A stretch of DNA of 64,000 bases from an uncultured delta proteobacterium (GTDB taxonomy: Bacteria > Desulfobacterota > Desulfobacteria > Desulfobacterales > SpSt-501), in contig CAVOWH010000021.1 in NCBI GenBank assembly GCA_963700055.1, positions 408 to 64,407 on the forward strand, read 5' to 3'. Shown here one piece after another: positions 35,413 to 45,312 of this stretch. The notes beneath the pieces were generated by a model. That model worked only from the letters and a program-made list of their open reading frames with translations, was not told the DNA's origin and made no database searches. The stretch's first letter is position 1. The number at the start of each line of letters is the position of its first letter. Both the position numbers and the translations under genes were made by a program.

Positions 35413-36749
35413 ACCGTTTTCTGGCTGCGCAAGTCCTTGAAGCGTTTGGCCTTGACCTCGTAGCGCGGCAGGGTGCCGCAGCCGCACATTTCCAGATCGT
35501 AGCGCAAATTGGTTTTCAGGCGCAACTGATCCTCCAGTTCGGACTGGATCCAGGCGCATTGATCCTGGGCATCGGGCAGGACCTCGACCCTGAGCCGTAT
35601 GGTCTCGGCATCGCCGGTCTTGTCCACGACCACCTCGTACTCGTCCCCCAGGCCCTTGATGCTGCGCACGACCTCCTCGATGGCGGACGGGGCAAGCAGC
35701 ACGCCCTTCACCTTGGTGATGTCATCGACCCGCCCCACCACCCCGCCCCGAATCACGCGGAACGACCGGCCGCACCGACAGGGCTCGGCGGCCCATTCAA
35801 TCACGTCCTTGGAGTCGAAGCGCACGCAGGGCTGGGCCTGACGATCGAAGGCGGTGATGACCATCTTCCCCCGGCGGCCCGGCGCTTCGATGATCCGTCC
35901 GGTTTCGGGGTCGACGATCTCCACCAGAAACATGGCCTCGTTGACATGCAGCCCGCCGGGCTGCGCCGCGCATTCATACGACCAGGCGCCGATCTCGGTG
36001 GCCCCCGCATGATCGTACACCTTGGCGCCCCAAGCCTCCTCCAGGCGCCGCTTGGTGCTGGGGATGCTCGCCCCGCATTCACCGGCGCAGGTGATCTTGT
36101 TGACGGTCAACCGCGCCGGATCGATGCCCATATTCAAGCGCGCCGTCTCCGCCATGCCCAGGAGGTAGGTCGGCGTGCCCATCATGGCGGTGGCCCTGAG
36201 CTCCTGGATTTTCAGGATGCGGGCCTTGGTGTCCAGGACCCCGCCCGGCACCACCTCGCAGCCGATTTTCTCGGCGGCGTAGTGGCCGGCCCAGAAGGCG
36301 ACGAAGACGTTGTAGCCGAAAGGAATGAAGACCCGATCGCTGGGACGGTAGCCCTGCGCCCAAAGAATATAAGACCAGCACTCGGCCCACCATTCCCAGT
36401 CCTGCCAGGTGTCCGGCTGGTACACGGGCTGGCCGGTGGTGCCGCTGGTCTGGCGGAATACGGTGACCTCATCGAGCGGCACGCATAACGCATCCCCGTA
36501 TGGGAAGGGGTCTTTTCCTTGAATGTTGCGCAGCATGGTTTTTTCGACGGTGGGCACTCGCCGAATGTCTTCAAACGTTCGGATGTCCTCGGGCGAGATG
36601 CCGGCGGCCTCGTAGCGCGAGCGGTGGAACTTCGAATGGGTGTGGGCCCAGCGAAAAATGCGCCGGAACTTCTTCAGCTGAAGTTCCCGCAGCTTTTCCC
36701 TGGACAACGTTTCAAGAACGGGGTTCCAATATGGCTGATCGTAATTCAT
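35409..36749 (-). CDS. paaK: Phenylacetate-CoA ligase family (PaaK / coenzyme F390 synthetase-like) adenylate-forming enzyme
   Basis: FRQTSGTTGQPV (AMP-binding motif), GTPTYLLGMAE, YDHAGATEIG, GRVDDITKVKGV. Confidence 0.75.
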   Translation of the reverse strand: MNYDQPYWNPVLETLSREKLRELQLKKFRRIFRWAHTHSKFHRSRYEAAGISPEDIRTFEDIRRVPTVEKTMLRNIQGKDPFPYGDALCVPLDEVTVFRQTSGTTGQPVYQPDTWQDWEWWAECWSYILWAQGYRPSDRVFIPFGYNVFVAFWAGHYAAEKIGCEVVPGGVLDTKARILKIQELRATAMMGTPTYLLGMAETARLNMGIDPARLTVNKITCAGECGASIPSTKRRLEEAWGAKVYDHAGATEIGAWSYECAAQPGGLHVNEAMFLVEIVDPETGRIIEAPGRRGKMVITAFDRQAQPCVRFDSKDVIEWAAEPCRCGRSFRVIRGGVVGRVDDITKVKGVLLAPSAIEEVVRSIKGLGDEYEVVVDKTGDAETIRLRVEVLPDAQDQCAWIQSELEDQLRLKTNLRYDLEMCGCGTLPRYEVKAKRFKDLRSQKTV

Positions 36750-36857
36750 GGCCGTCCGTCAATCGGTTCGATGGCGGGGTGCTGAGAGGGTGTACCTGAG
36801 AATGTATCGGAAATCAATACGGTTGGCCCACTGAAGGCTTGACAGGTATCCCTGCCA

Positions 36858-37907
36858 GTGAGGCATAATACGGCTGCGCCGGGCCATGCCGAGCCGGCGG
36901 GGAAGGACTCCATGACGGTTTTCAGCAGACTGCTCTCCCGCCTGGAACGGGCGCGGGAGGCCCGCGAATGGAAGCGCCAAAAGGAGGCGCGCCTCAGTGA
37001 AGCCATCCAGCGTGTGGTCCAGTTGAGCGCGCCGGTCGTCTGCTCCCTGCGTGACTGCCGGCGGGACCTGCGCTCCCCCGTGGAGACCGCCGTGGCGTAT
37101 ATCGACCAAACCATCGCCTTGATTCCGGGGCCGCTGCCGCTTTCACCTGCAATCTGGGACCGGCATCCGCTGTTGCAGGCGTTGTTCGCAGACGCTGAGG
37201 AGATCAAGACCCTCTTAACGAGAGACCGCTGCCTGAAGTCGTTCTTGGACCGACAGCCGGCGCCTCGTGCCTACGCCCTGCTGACCGCGACCAAAAGGGA
37301 GCGGACCATCTTCGGCACGGCCGTCGAGGGCGAGATCCTGCGACGTGACGTCGCTCAGACGGCCGTGGATTTTCGGGACCACCGCATTCTCGACCCGGCG
37401 GCGACGGAGGCCGAAACCCGATACGCGTTGCAGACGTGGGCCTTGACCGCGTTGGTGAACCAGGTCCTCGAACGCGCGCTGCGGCTTCGATCCATCAAGG
37501 ACGAACTCAGAGAGCAGCAACGCATCCTGTCCATCCAGCTCAAGATCCGGCAGACCCGCCCGCACAGCCTTGATGCGTCGGCATCGGAGGAGCGCGAGAG
37601 CGACTCCTCAGGGGCTAGCGCCGACTGGATCCTGGCGGATATCGACCGCCAGATCCGGGACCTATCCGCGGCGTCGGACTCGCCGGAGGCGTATTGGGAC
37701 CAGCTGACGGCGGTCCTGAATGCGCCGCAGGCCGTGTTGACCGTAAACCCGGTCGCGATGCGGCTCAACTGGATGGGCGTCAAACAGTGCGGCACGTCGC
37801 CCGAATGCAGCCAGGAAATCCGCCTGGCCGAAGTCGCGTTGAAAGATCACATGAAGCGGGTGGCGGTTTTTGTGAGCATCGAACGGGCGGATGGGACCAG
37901 CCCTTGA
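36858..37907 (+). CDS. Hypothetical soluble protein
   Basis: 349-aa ORF; the start may be ATG 36912 (MTVFSRLLSRLERAREA). Helical, charged, with no motif I recognise. A TTGACA...CATAAT-like promoter candidate lies at about 36839-36869. Confidence 0.45.
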   Translation: MRHNTAAPGHAEPAGKDSMTVFSRLLSRLERAREAREWKRQKEARLSEAIQRVVQLSAPVVCSLRDCRRDLRSPVETAVAYIDQTIALIPGPLPLSPAIWDRHPLLQALFADAEEIKTLLTRDRCLKSFLDRQPAPRAYALLTATKRERTIFGTAVEGEILRRDVAQTAVDFRDHRILDPAATEAETRYALQTWALTALVNQVLERALRLRSIKDELREQQRILSIQLKIRQTRPHSLDASASEERESDSSGASADWILADIDRQIRDLSAASDSPEAYWDQLTAVLNAPQAVLTVNPVAMRLNWMGVKQCGTSPECSQEIRLAEVALKDHMKRVAVFVSIERADGTSP

Positions 37908-38027
37908 CGAAGCCCGGTCCGCGCGCCGGATTGGAATTCCATCTGAGCATTGACGCCGATGAGCCGCTTGGGCTATGGTGAATCTGCTCTTCATATGATT
38001 CGAATCGCCGCACGAGAGGCCGCCGCC

Positions 38028-38399
38028 ATGGTTTTGAAAACGACCCGACCCACGGCCGACATCATTGCTCAGGCCCGCCGCGAACGGGCGCTCAAGGAAA
38101 CCACTTACCGGGAGCGCGCGCTGAAGCTCTTTCCGCATGTCTGCGCTCGCTGCGGCCGGGAGCTTGCGGGCAAACGGCTGCGCGAGCTGACCGTTCATCA
38201 CAAGGACCACGACCATGACCACAACCCTCCGGACGGCAGCAATTGGGAGCTGCTGTGCATTTATTGCCACGACAACGAGCATGCACGCGATCAAGTCGCC
38301 GAATGGTACAGCGGTGAAGCGCCGGTCGAGGCGGAACCGCCGCCGGCGCTTGACAGCCCTTTTGCGAAGCTGGGCGACCTGCTGAGGGGGAAACCGTAG
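38028..38399 (+). CDS. yajD: YajD-family HNH nuclease
   Basis: YRERALKLFPHVCARCGRELAGKRLRELTVHHKDHDHDHNPPDGSNWELLCIYCHDNEH closely parallels E. coli YajD. Confidence 0.75.
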   Translation: MVLKTTRPTADIIAQARRERALKETTYRERALKLFPHVCARCGRELAGKRLRELTVHHKDHDHDHNPPDGSNWELLCIYCHDNEHARDQVAEWYSGEAPVEAEPPPALDSPFAKLGDLLRGKP

Positions 38400-38528
38400 C
38401 CAAGGAGACGGTGCGATGGCGTCCTTCCCGGCACCCGCAGATCGACCGGCAAGCCATCGCCCAGAGACGTTTCAAACAGTTTGAAAGCCGGCCGGTGCGG
38501 CCGCTGATTTGCGAACTCAACTATTTCC

Positions 38529-39422
38529 ATGAAGCGAACTCAAACACCGAAAGAATCCGCGGCAAGCATGTCTAGAGTGGGGCTCTACATCAAAAATGAC
38601 CCGCGCGCTGCTGCCAAGGCCGAGGAATTTGCCGATTGGCTGGGGGCGCGGCAAATCGCAGTCGTCCGCAAGACCAGTCCGGGCTCACTGCGCCGAGGCA
38701 CCGGAACCGGCCCCGCCAAGCCGCCGAAGGACCTCTTCTGTGTGTTCGTTCTCGGAGGCGACGGAACTTTTCTCAGCGCCGTGCGCTGGATCGGCGACTG
38801 CGAAATTCCGCTGCTCGGCGTCAAGTTCGGCGAACTCGGATTCCTAGCGGAGATTGCGGAGGAAAATCTCTTCGAAGCGGCCGACCGCGTCTTGAAGGGG
38901 GAACACACGGTCTCCCGGCGGATGCGCCTGGAGATACAGGTCACCCGCAAGGGTAAATCTCTCATCCGCGAAACCGTCCTGAACGACATCGTGATCAATC
39001 GGGGGGCGCTGGCCCGTCTGGCGAATGTCGTCACCCATATCAACGGCCACTATCTGACCACGTTCCGTGCCGACGGCCTGATCATCGCCACGCCTACCGG
39101 TTCGACCGCTTATTCGCTCGCCGCCGGCGGGCCGGTGGTCCATCCGAAAGTCCCCGGCCTCATCATTACCCCGATCTGCCCTTTCACACTCACCAACCGG
39201 CCGCTCATCGTGCCCGACGAGGTGGAGATCACGTTGCGCCTGGACAAGGGTTCATCGGACATCGTTCTGACCCTGGACGGCCAGACCGGCTTAAACATTA
39301 CGGACAAGGATGTGATCACGGTGCGCCGGAGCGAACATCCCCTCAACTTGATCCTCCTGCCGGACCGGCATTACTTCGACGTTCTCAAAGCCAAGCTCAG
39401 ATGGAGCGGTGGAAGGGTGTAG
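38529..39422 (+). CDS. nadK: NAD(+) kinase
   Basis: VLGGDGTFLSA, NDIVINRG and ATPTGSTAYSLAAGGPVVHP. An alternative start is ATG 38568. Confidence 0.85.
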   Translation: MKRTQTPKESAASMSRVGLYIKNDPRAAAKAEEFADWLGARQIAVVRKTSPGSLRRGTGTGPAKPPKDLFCVFVLGGDGTFLSAVRWIGDCEIPLLGVKFGELGFLAEIAEENLFEAADRVLKGEHTVSRRMRLEIQVTRKGKSLIRETVLNDIVINRGALARLANVVTHINGHYLTTFRADGLIIATPTGSTAYSLAAGGPVVHPKVPGLIITPICPFTLTNRPLIVPDEVEITLRLDKGSSDIVLTLDGQTGLNITDKDVITVRRSEHPLNLILLPDRHYFDVLKAKLRWSGGRV

Positions 39423-39501
39423 CTGCCGGTGCTGAACGCTTGGGTTTCGTTTTGATCTCTCGCCGATGCATTCCTCGAGGTCGGCGAATGGGGAAAATCT
39501 T

Positions 39502-39879
39502 ATGAAACGCTTATCCGTCCTGCTGATGGTCGTCTTGGCGCTCGCCTGCGCCACCAAACCGCCACCGTCCTCAACCAGCGCGCCGGCTCTCTCGGCCGAG
39601 CAGAGGGACCCAGGGCCGTTTCCCCAGGACTATCAGATCCGAATCATCTCCTGGCTGCGGATGAATGTCGATGATCCGGACAGCGTCAAGGTGCTGTCCA
39701 TTGAATCACCGCAGCCGAAAACCGCCGAAGCGTCGGTGCCGGACAAGAACCTCAAGCAGGGGGAAGCGATCTGGGAGTCGATGGTGATCACCCAAGGCTT
39801 TCGCAGCGACCCTCCCGGACCCGCCCATCACCGGTTTTATTTCAAGGACGGCGTCATTCGAGCGGTTGATCTGAAATGA
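39502..39879 (+). CDS. Hypothetical lipoprotein
   Basis: MKRLSVLLMVVLALAC with lipobox LALAC. About 125 aa, with no recognised domain. Confidence 0.5.
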   Translation: MKRLSVLLMVVLALACATKPPPSSTSAPALSAEQRDPGPFPQDYQIRIISWLRMNVDDPDSVKVLSIESPQPKTAEASVPDKNLKQGEAIWESMVITQGFRSDPPGPAHHRFYFKDGVIRAVDLK

Positions 39880-39925
39880 AACCGATAGGGCGTTGATACG
39901 GCGCACAGTTTCGCTGCCGCCGGAC

Positions 39926-41179
39926 TCAATGCCTGCGACGGCCCTTTCCATTGACAGATCGTTTACGGGCACCGGCGGCAAGGCCATACCACGCCAGACA
40001 TGCGGCCTGAAGCACCAAAAGGATGGCGAAGCTGGCCTGGTAGCCCTGCGGCGGATAGCGGTCGGCCGCCGTGACGGGGAACAGGGCGATGAGGGCGCCG
40101 ATGCCCCATTGGGCCGCGAAGGCGGCGAGAAAGACGACCACGTTGAGACCGGTGCTGACACGGCCGGCGAGTTGCGCCGGAAAGCGCATGGCGAGCGCCG
40201 GATAAGGGATAACCCCGGTCGTTCCGATGAACCCGAACAGGATCCACAGCCCCGTGGCCCAGCTCGCCGGTGCGACCATGAGCAGGGCCTGGACGATCAT
40301 GAAAAGAACCATCCCCCACACCGCGGTCGTCATCGGCTGGATGCCCGCCTGGTTGAGCCGTTCCGTAACCAAGCCGACGATGACGTAGCCGGCCGTCATG
40401 GCCGCCGACGTCCAGAAAAGCACAACCGCGATGCCGGCGCGGTCCATGCCGGCCACATCCCGCAGCCAGGGCCCCGACCACAAGCCGTAGACGGCCATGA
40501 ATGCCACCTGGGAGACCACGGTCAGCGGGGTCACGCGCCAGAACAAAGCGCTGGCGAAGACCTGGCCGATGCCTTTGAGCTGGTCCTTCAGCCGCATAGC
40601 CGCCATTTCCTGGCGCTTTTCGGGGACCCCCCAAAATATCAAGGCGGCCACCGAAGCGCTCGCGACCGCCAGCAGGATGAACACTCCGCGCCAGTCCGTG
40701 TGGCTTAAGGCCAATTCCACCGGCAGGGTCGCCGAAAGGGCTCCGAACCCGCCGGCCGCCAGATGCAGCCCGTTGATGCGCGGCCATTGATGCGCCGGGA
40801 ACCAGAGGGTGTAAACCTTGATGGCGGCCATATAGCCCGAGGAAACCCCCAGCCCGATCAGGGCACGGCCCAGGGATAACCCCAGGAGGCCGGCGGCGGT
40901 CCCGAAAACGAGCGCCCCCGCGGCGGCGAACAGCAGCAGCCCGGCGGCGATGCAGCGCGGCCCGAACCGATCCAGCAGCAGCCCCAACGGCAGCTGAAAC
41001 GCGGCAAACGAGATGAAGTAAGCGGATGTCAGCAGCCCCAGATCGGCCGGGCCGATCTGGAGGTCCGCCGCCAGGTCGGGCGCGATGACGGCGTTGACCA
41101 CCCGGAACAGGTAGGACAAGAAGTAGGCCAGCGCGAAGGGGATGAGAACCCGCAGCAGCGTTAACTTCGAAGCCGTCAT
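39926..41179 (-). CDS. MFS transporter
   Basis: The ATG at 41179 overlaps the upstream stop (ATGA). About 12 hydrophobic segments. GLLLDRFGPR is a motif-A-like loop. Confidence 0.8.
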   Translation of the reverse strand: MTASKLTLLRVLIPFALAYFLSYLFRVVNAVIAPDLAADLQIGPADLGLLTSAYFISFAAFQLPLGLLLDRFGPRCIAAGLLLFAAAGALVFGTAAGLLGLSLGRALIGLGVSSGYMAAIKVYTLWFPAHQWPRINGLHLAAGGFGALSATLPVELALSHTDWRGVFILLAVASASVAALIFWGVPEKRQEMAAMRLKDQLKGIGQVFASALFWRVTPLTVVSQVAFMAVYGLWSGPWLRDVAGMDRAGIAVVLFWTSAAMTAGYVIVGLVTERLNQAGIQPMTTAVWGMVLFMIVQALLMVAPASWATGLWILFGFIGTTGVIPYPALAMRFPAQLAGRVSTGLNVVVFLAAFAAQWGIGALIALFPVTAADRYPPQGYQASFAILLVLQAACLAWYGLAAGARKRSVNGKGRRRH

Positions 41180-42435
41180 ACCTTGAGCACATCCGGTTGG
41201 AAGGCCAGTGTGGCAAAATGATCTTCGACGGTTTCCGCCCGGCGAATCAGCTCCACCGACCCGTCGCGGCACAGCAGCAGTTCCTGCGGCCGCAGTTTGC
41301 CGTTGTAGTTGAACCCCATGGCGTGGCCATGGGCGCCGGTGTCGTGGATCACCAGCCGGTCGCCGTCCGCAATCGGCGGCAGCTCGCGCTGGACGGCAAA
41401 CTTGTCGTTGTTCTCGCACAGCGAGCCCACCACGTCCACGGGGCCGGCCGTAGGTTGGCCGAGCCTCCTGGGCACCGTGATGTGGTGATAGGCGCCGTAC
41501 ATGCCGGGCCGCATGAGGGCCGACATGCAGGCGTCGACCCCGATGTGGGTACGGTAGATGTCCTTGCGGTTGATCGCCGTGACCACCAGCGCGCCGTGAG
41601 GGCCGGTCATGAAACGGCCGCTCTCCATATAAAGCCGCGGAGCGTAGCCGTGCTGGGCCTTAAACCGGCGGAACAGCTCCGTCACCTCGGCCCCCAAGGC
41701 AGCCAAATCAAGCGGCGCATCGACCGGTCGGTAGGGAATGCCCAGGCCGCCGCCCATGTTCATGAACTCGAAGCGAATGTTGAGTTCCCGCGATACCCAC
41801 TCGATCAACTCGAAGAGCATCGCCACGGTCTGCACCATGAAACGGTAGTTGCGCTCGTTGGACACCACCATGGTATGGATCCCGAACCGCGCGGCGCCGC
41901 GGGCGATCGCCAGGCGGTAAGCCTCGATGACCTGCTCGTGCGCCAGCCCGTACTTGGCCTCCACCGGGTTGCCGATGATGGCGTTGCCGGTGCGCCGCGG
42001 GCCGGGGTTGTAGCGGAAAGAAATCAGCTCCGGGAACCTCGGAACTTTCGGCACCAGGCTGATGTCGTCGAGATTGAGGATGCAGCCGCCGTCGCGCGCC
42101 GCCGTCTCGAACTCGCGCCGGTCCGTGTTGTTGGATGTGAACATGAGGTCCTCGCCCCGTGCCCCGATGCGCCGGCCGAGCATCAGCTCGGGCGCCGAGC
42201 TGCAGTCGAAACCAAATCCCATCTCACGCATGATCGCGAGCATGCGCGGGTTGGGAAGCGCCTTGACGGCGAAGTACTCGCGGAACCCCGGCACCTGAGC
42301 GAAGGTGCTCTTCAGCCATTCCCCCGTCTGGCGGATCCCGGCTTCATCATAGATGTGAAACGGGCTGCCGAAATGGGCGACCACCTGGTCGAGGATGGGA
42401 TAGAGGCGCCTTTCGAAATCAGCTGACATCGGCAT
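41176..42435 (-). CDS. PLP-dependent decarboxylase, Orn/DAP/Arg decarboxylase family 2 (diaminopimelate decarboxylase-like)
   Basis: FAVKALPNPRMLAIM (PLP Lys region), MGGGLGIPY, ESGRFMTG, CENNDKF. The substrate cannot be assigned from sequence alone. Confidence 0.75.
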   Translation of the reverse strand: MPMSADFERRLYPILDQVVAHFGSPFHIYDEAGIRQTGEWLKSTFAQVPGFREYFAVKALPNPRMLAIMREMGFGFDCSSAPELMLGRRIGARGEDLMFTSNNTDRREFETAARDGGCILNLDDISLVPKVPRFPELISFRYNPGPRRTGNAIIGNPVEAKYGLAHEQVIEAYRLAIARGAARFGIHTMVVSNERNYRFMVQTVAMLFELIEWVSRELNIRFEFMNMGGGLGIPYRPVDAPLDLAALGAEVTELFRRFKAQHGYAPRLYMESGRFMTGPHGALVVTAINRKDIYRTHIGVDACMSALMRPGMYGAYHHITVPRRLGQPTAGPVDVVGSLCENNDKFAVQRELPPIADGDRLVIHDTGAHGHAMGFNYNGKLRPQELLLCRDGSVELIRRAETVEDHFATLAFQPDVLKV

Positions 42436-42438
42436 GTT

Positions 42439-42924
42439 TCAAGATCTCCTTTTCTTCAGTTTCTGAATGGCGGAATCATCCAGCGGAATGCGGGCGCTTT
42501 CTTTGTACGTGTGCAATGCGATCCAGGTGCGGGTGGACCGCACCTGGGGCAGGGCAGCGATCTTCTCGCGGCGCACCTTCTCCAGTTGAGCCGTGTCGGA
42601 CACCCGTACCTTGGCCATCAAACCATCTTCTCCGGCAACGTAGTGGACCTCCTGAACATCCGGAATGGCGGCCAGGGCCTGGCCCAATCGGGAAGGGTCG
42701 CTGTTCGGCTGGGGCAGGATGAAAACAAAGGCAACGAGGCTGCGGTCAAAGCGGGCGGGATTCAGCCGAACTTCGTACCCGTCGATGATGCCCTGCTTCT
42801 CGAGCTTGCGCACCCGCTCCAGCACGCCCGACGGCGCCATGCCCACTTGGCGGGCCACTTCGATGTTCGGAACCCTGGCCTTCTCTTGGAGAATTTTGAG
42901 TATTTTGATACTGATGTCATCCAT
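42439..42924 (-). CDS. Lrp/AsnC-family transcriptional regulator
   Basis: MDDISIKILKILQEKARVPNIEVARQVGMAPSGVLERVRKLEKQGIIDGY is followed by a RAM-like domain. Confidence 0.85.
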   Translation of the reverse strand: MDDISIKILKILQEKARVPNIEVARQVGMAPSGVLERVRKLEKQGIIDGYEVRLNPARFDRSLVAFVFILPQPNSDPSRLGQALAAIPDVQEVHYVAGEDGLMAKVRVSDTAQLEKVRREKIAALPQVRSTRTWIALHTYKESARIPLDDSAIQKLKKRRS

Positions 42925-43123
42925 ATGGCCGCCGTTGATTGATTAATATTTTCGTAAAATTTTGTGTTTAATATTTTTAAAATATGTCTATGTCAAGATA
43001 AATATTCGCTAAATTATAAAAAATTGAGAACTAAAACGTTATCCGGATTCGATCCGTTTCCCTTGACCCTCCCAATCGTGCTATTCTATTATTCTGCTGT
43101 CATTCCTTTTTATATCGCCATAG

Positions 43124-43486
43124 GTGCTACCGATGACGCTCGCGGAGATTGTTCGGACATTGGATGCCACCGTTCTCGCCGGGGTGGACAAGCTCGATAT
43201 CGACATCGGGCGCTGCGGCGCCAGTGACCTGATGAGCGACATATTGGCGGGTCTGGCCGACGGAAGCCTGCTGCTGACCGGGCTGACGACGCTCCAAGCC
43301 GTGCGGACGGCGAGCATCGCCGGAGTCGGAGCGGTGGTGTTTGTCCGAGGCAAGGTTCCGCCCGTCGAGGTGGTGGACCTGGCCGACGCTCAGGGGTTGC
43401 CGCTGATCTCAACCCCCTGTAGCATGTTCGTCGCCTGCGGCAGGCTGCATGCCTGCCAGTTGACGGGCCTTAACGGAAACCGTTAG
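43124..43486 (+). CDS. DRTGG-domain protein (first copy)
   Basis: MTLAEIVRTLDATVLAG...ASDLMSDILAG...LLLTGLTT...GLPLIST; the likely start is ATG 43133. It is the first gene of a conserved hydrogenase-associated regulatory cassette. Confidence 0.65.
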   Translation: MLPMTLAEIVRTLDATVLAGVDKLDIDIGRCGASDLMSDILAGLADGSLLLTGLTTLQAVRTASIAGVGAVVFVRGKVPPVEVVDLADAQGLPLISTPCSMFVACGRLHACQLTGLNGNR

Positions 43487-43507
43487 GACGGCATCGACCC
43501 TGCACGG

Positions 43508-43951
43508 ATGAAAGACGCCATGCGCGGTCTCCAAAAGAGTTTCTTTATCAAAGCGCGGGATTTCGTGCATGCCGGGGAGGCCTCCATCCGGGTTCAGCAG
43601 CTCCTCAAAACCATGCAATTCGATCCACGTCTGATTCGGCGCATCGCCGTCTGCAGCTATGAGGGCGAAATGAACGTGGTGATGCACGGCGGCGATGGCC
43701 AGCTGTTTATGGATTTGGGCCGCGGCGTCTTGAACCTGGAAATCAGCGACGACGGACCCGGCATCGCCGACATTGAACTCGCCATGCAGCCGGGGTATTC
43801 CACGGCCTCGGATGAACAGCGCGAAATGGGATTCGGTGCCGGCATGGGCCTGCCGAACATGAAGAAAAACGCCGACGACCTCGCGATCGAATCACGCCCG
43901 GGCAAGGGCACCCGGGTTCGAATGCGGTTCTTCTTGAACACCGGAGGATGA
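43508..43951 (+). CDS. GHKL-type ATP-binding protein (anti-sigma-factor/Ser kinase-like)
   Basis: EGEMNVVMHG, ISDDGPGIAD, GFGAGMGLPNMKK, GKGTRVRM. Confidence 0.7.
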   Translation: MKDAMRGLQKSFFIKARDFVHAGEASIRVQQLLKTMQFDPRLIRRIAVCSYEGEMNVVMHGGDGQLFMDLGRGVLNLEISDDGPGIADIELAMQPGYSTASDEQREMGFGAGMGLPNMKKNADDLAIESRPGKGTRVRMRFFLNTGG

Positions 43952-45312
43952 AGGCCATGGCCGAAGCCCGGCACGCCACCCAATATGTCCGCTTCCAGGA
44001 AGAGCGGTGCACGGGCTGCGCCGCCTGCCTGCGGGTCTGCCCGACCAAGGCCATCCGCATCCGTCAGCAAAAATCGATCCGGATCGTCGATCACTGCATC
44101 GGCTGCGGCGCCTGCATCCGCGCCTGTCCGGCCGGCGCCGTCAGCGCGGCCACCATCGGGTTTGATGGCATCGGGCGGGATCACGTGGCGATCGCGCTGG
44201 TGTCTCCCGTGCTCTACGCCCAGTTTCCCGGAGTCATGCCCGGTGGCGTTCTGCTGGGGCTTCACCGCATGGGATTCCGCCACACGGTGGACATGTCCTT
44301 CTTTCTGGAGATGTTCCAGTATGCGGCGGAGGAGTTCATTCGGCGCAACCGGCGTTCACCGGTTTCCCCCTGGCCGCTGATCTCCCCCGTCTGTCCGGTC
44401 GTCGTGCGGCTGATCGCCTACCAGTTTCCCAGCCTTCTGCCCCATGTCCTGCCGGTGCTGAGACCGGTGGCTCTCATGGCCCGGGAGGTGAAAACCCAGA
44501 TCATCCCCGCCCATACCTCTCAGGGCCGGCCGGTCGCCCTGTATTTCATCAATCCCTGCCCTACCAAAGCCAAGGCCCGTCCCCATCGGCTGGGGACGCC
44601 GCCGGAACACCCCGAGGCCGCCATCGGGATCAACGAACTTTACTCCGAGTTGAAGCGGCAGGTGGATCAGATTCTTGATTCCGACATGATTCCGTTTTCC
44701 GGAAGCGGATATGAGTTTGAAACCTGCTCCAGCGGAAACGCCGCTCTCGGGGCCATGTCCGGCGGTGAAATTTCCAACATGGAAATCGAGAAATCCCTGT
44801 CCGTGCACGGCCTGAAAGAGACCATCGCCTATCTTCACAAAATCGAAATGGGGATTCTCAAGGACTTCGAATACATCGAATTCCGCACCTGCCGCGAAGG
44901 CTGTCTCGGCGGTGTGCTCACGGCCGTCGATCCCTACATCGCCAAACGCAATGTCCAGAAAATGATCGGCGTTTTCGGCTTGGGGAGGCGCCTGCCCCGG
45001 GATACCATCCTGCGGCTTTATGAAAAGGGGCGGTTCCAGCCGCAGCACGACCCCCAGGAACTGACCCGGCTTTTCGGCGCCTGCCAGCCGGCGTTGTCTC
45101 TCGAGGAGGCCCAGCGGATCGAGACCATTCTGGAGTTCATCGAGGGCCGGGACTGCGGGGCCTGCGGATCGCCGGACTGCAGGACCTTTGCGGAAGACGT
45201 CGTCAGAGGAACCGCCGCCCTGACGGACTGCATTTGGCTGCAAGCCCGCAAACACCAAAAAAGCCTCCCGCAGGTTAACCCGTCAGTGGATGGCAGAAGA
45301 GGAGAGGAATGA
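43948..45312 (+). CDS. [FeFe]-hydrogenase large-subunit-like protein (putative sensory, non-catalytic) with 2x[4Fe-4S] ferredoxin and C-terminal Fe-S domain
   Basis: CTGCAACLRVCP and CIGCGACIRACP. H-cluster-motif-like segments are SPVCPVV (compare TSCCP), NPCPTKAKA (compare MPCxxK) and FRTCREGCLGG (compare MxCxxGCxxGG). The C-terminal segment is CGACGSPDCRTFAEDV. Confidence 0.7.
   Translation: MKAMAEARHATQYVRFQEERCTGCAACLRVCPTKAIRIRQQKSIRIVDHCIGCGACIRACPAGAVSAATIGFDGIGRDHVAIALVSPVLYAQFPGVMPGGVLLGLHRMGFRHTVDMSFFLEMFQYAAEEFIRRNRRSPVSPWPLISPVCPVVVRLIAYQFPSLLPHVLPVLRPVALMAREVKTQIIPAHTSQGRPVALYFINPCPTKAKARPHRLGTPPEHPEAAIGINELYSELKRQVDQILDSDMIPFSGSGYEFETCSSGNAALGAMSGGEISNMEIEKSLSVHGLKETIAYLHKIEMGILKDFEYIEFRTCREGCLGGVLTAVDPYIAKRNVQKMIGVFGLGRRLPRDTILRLYEKGRFQPQHDPQELTRLFGACQPALSLEEAQRIETILEFIEGRDCGACGSPDCRTFAEDVVRGTAALTDCIWLQARKHQKSLPQVNPSVDGRRGEE

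Noticed and set aside
43948-45312. Calling the HydA-like protein a catalytic [FeFe]-hydrogenase
   Set aside because: The motif 1 proton-relay Cys position appears to be Val. The protein is short, is embedded in a regulatory cassette, and has no HydB/HydC-type partners or maturases nearby. It is called hydrogenase-like or sensory only.
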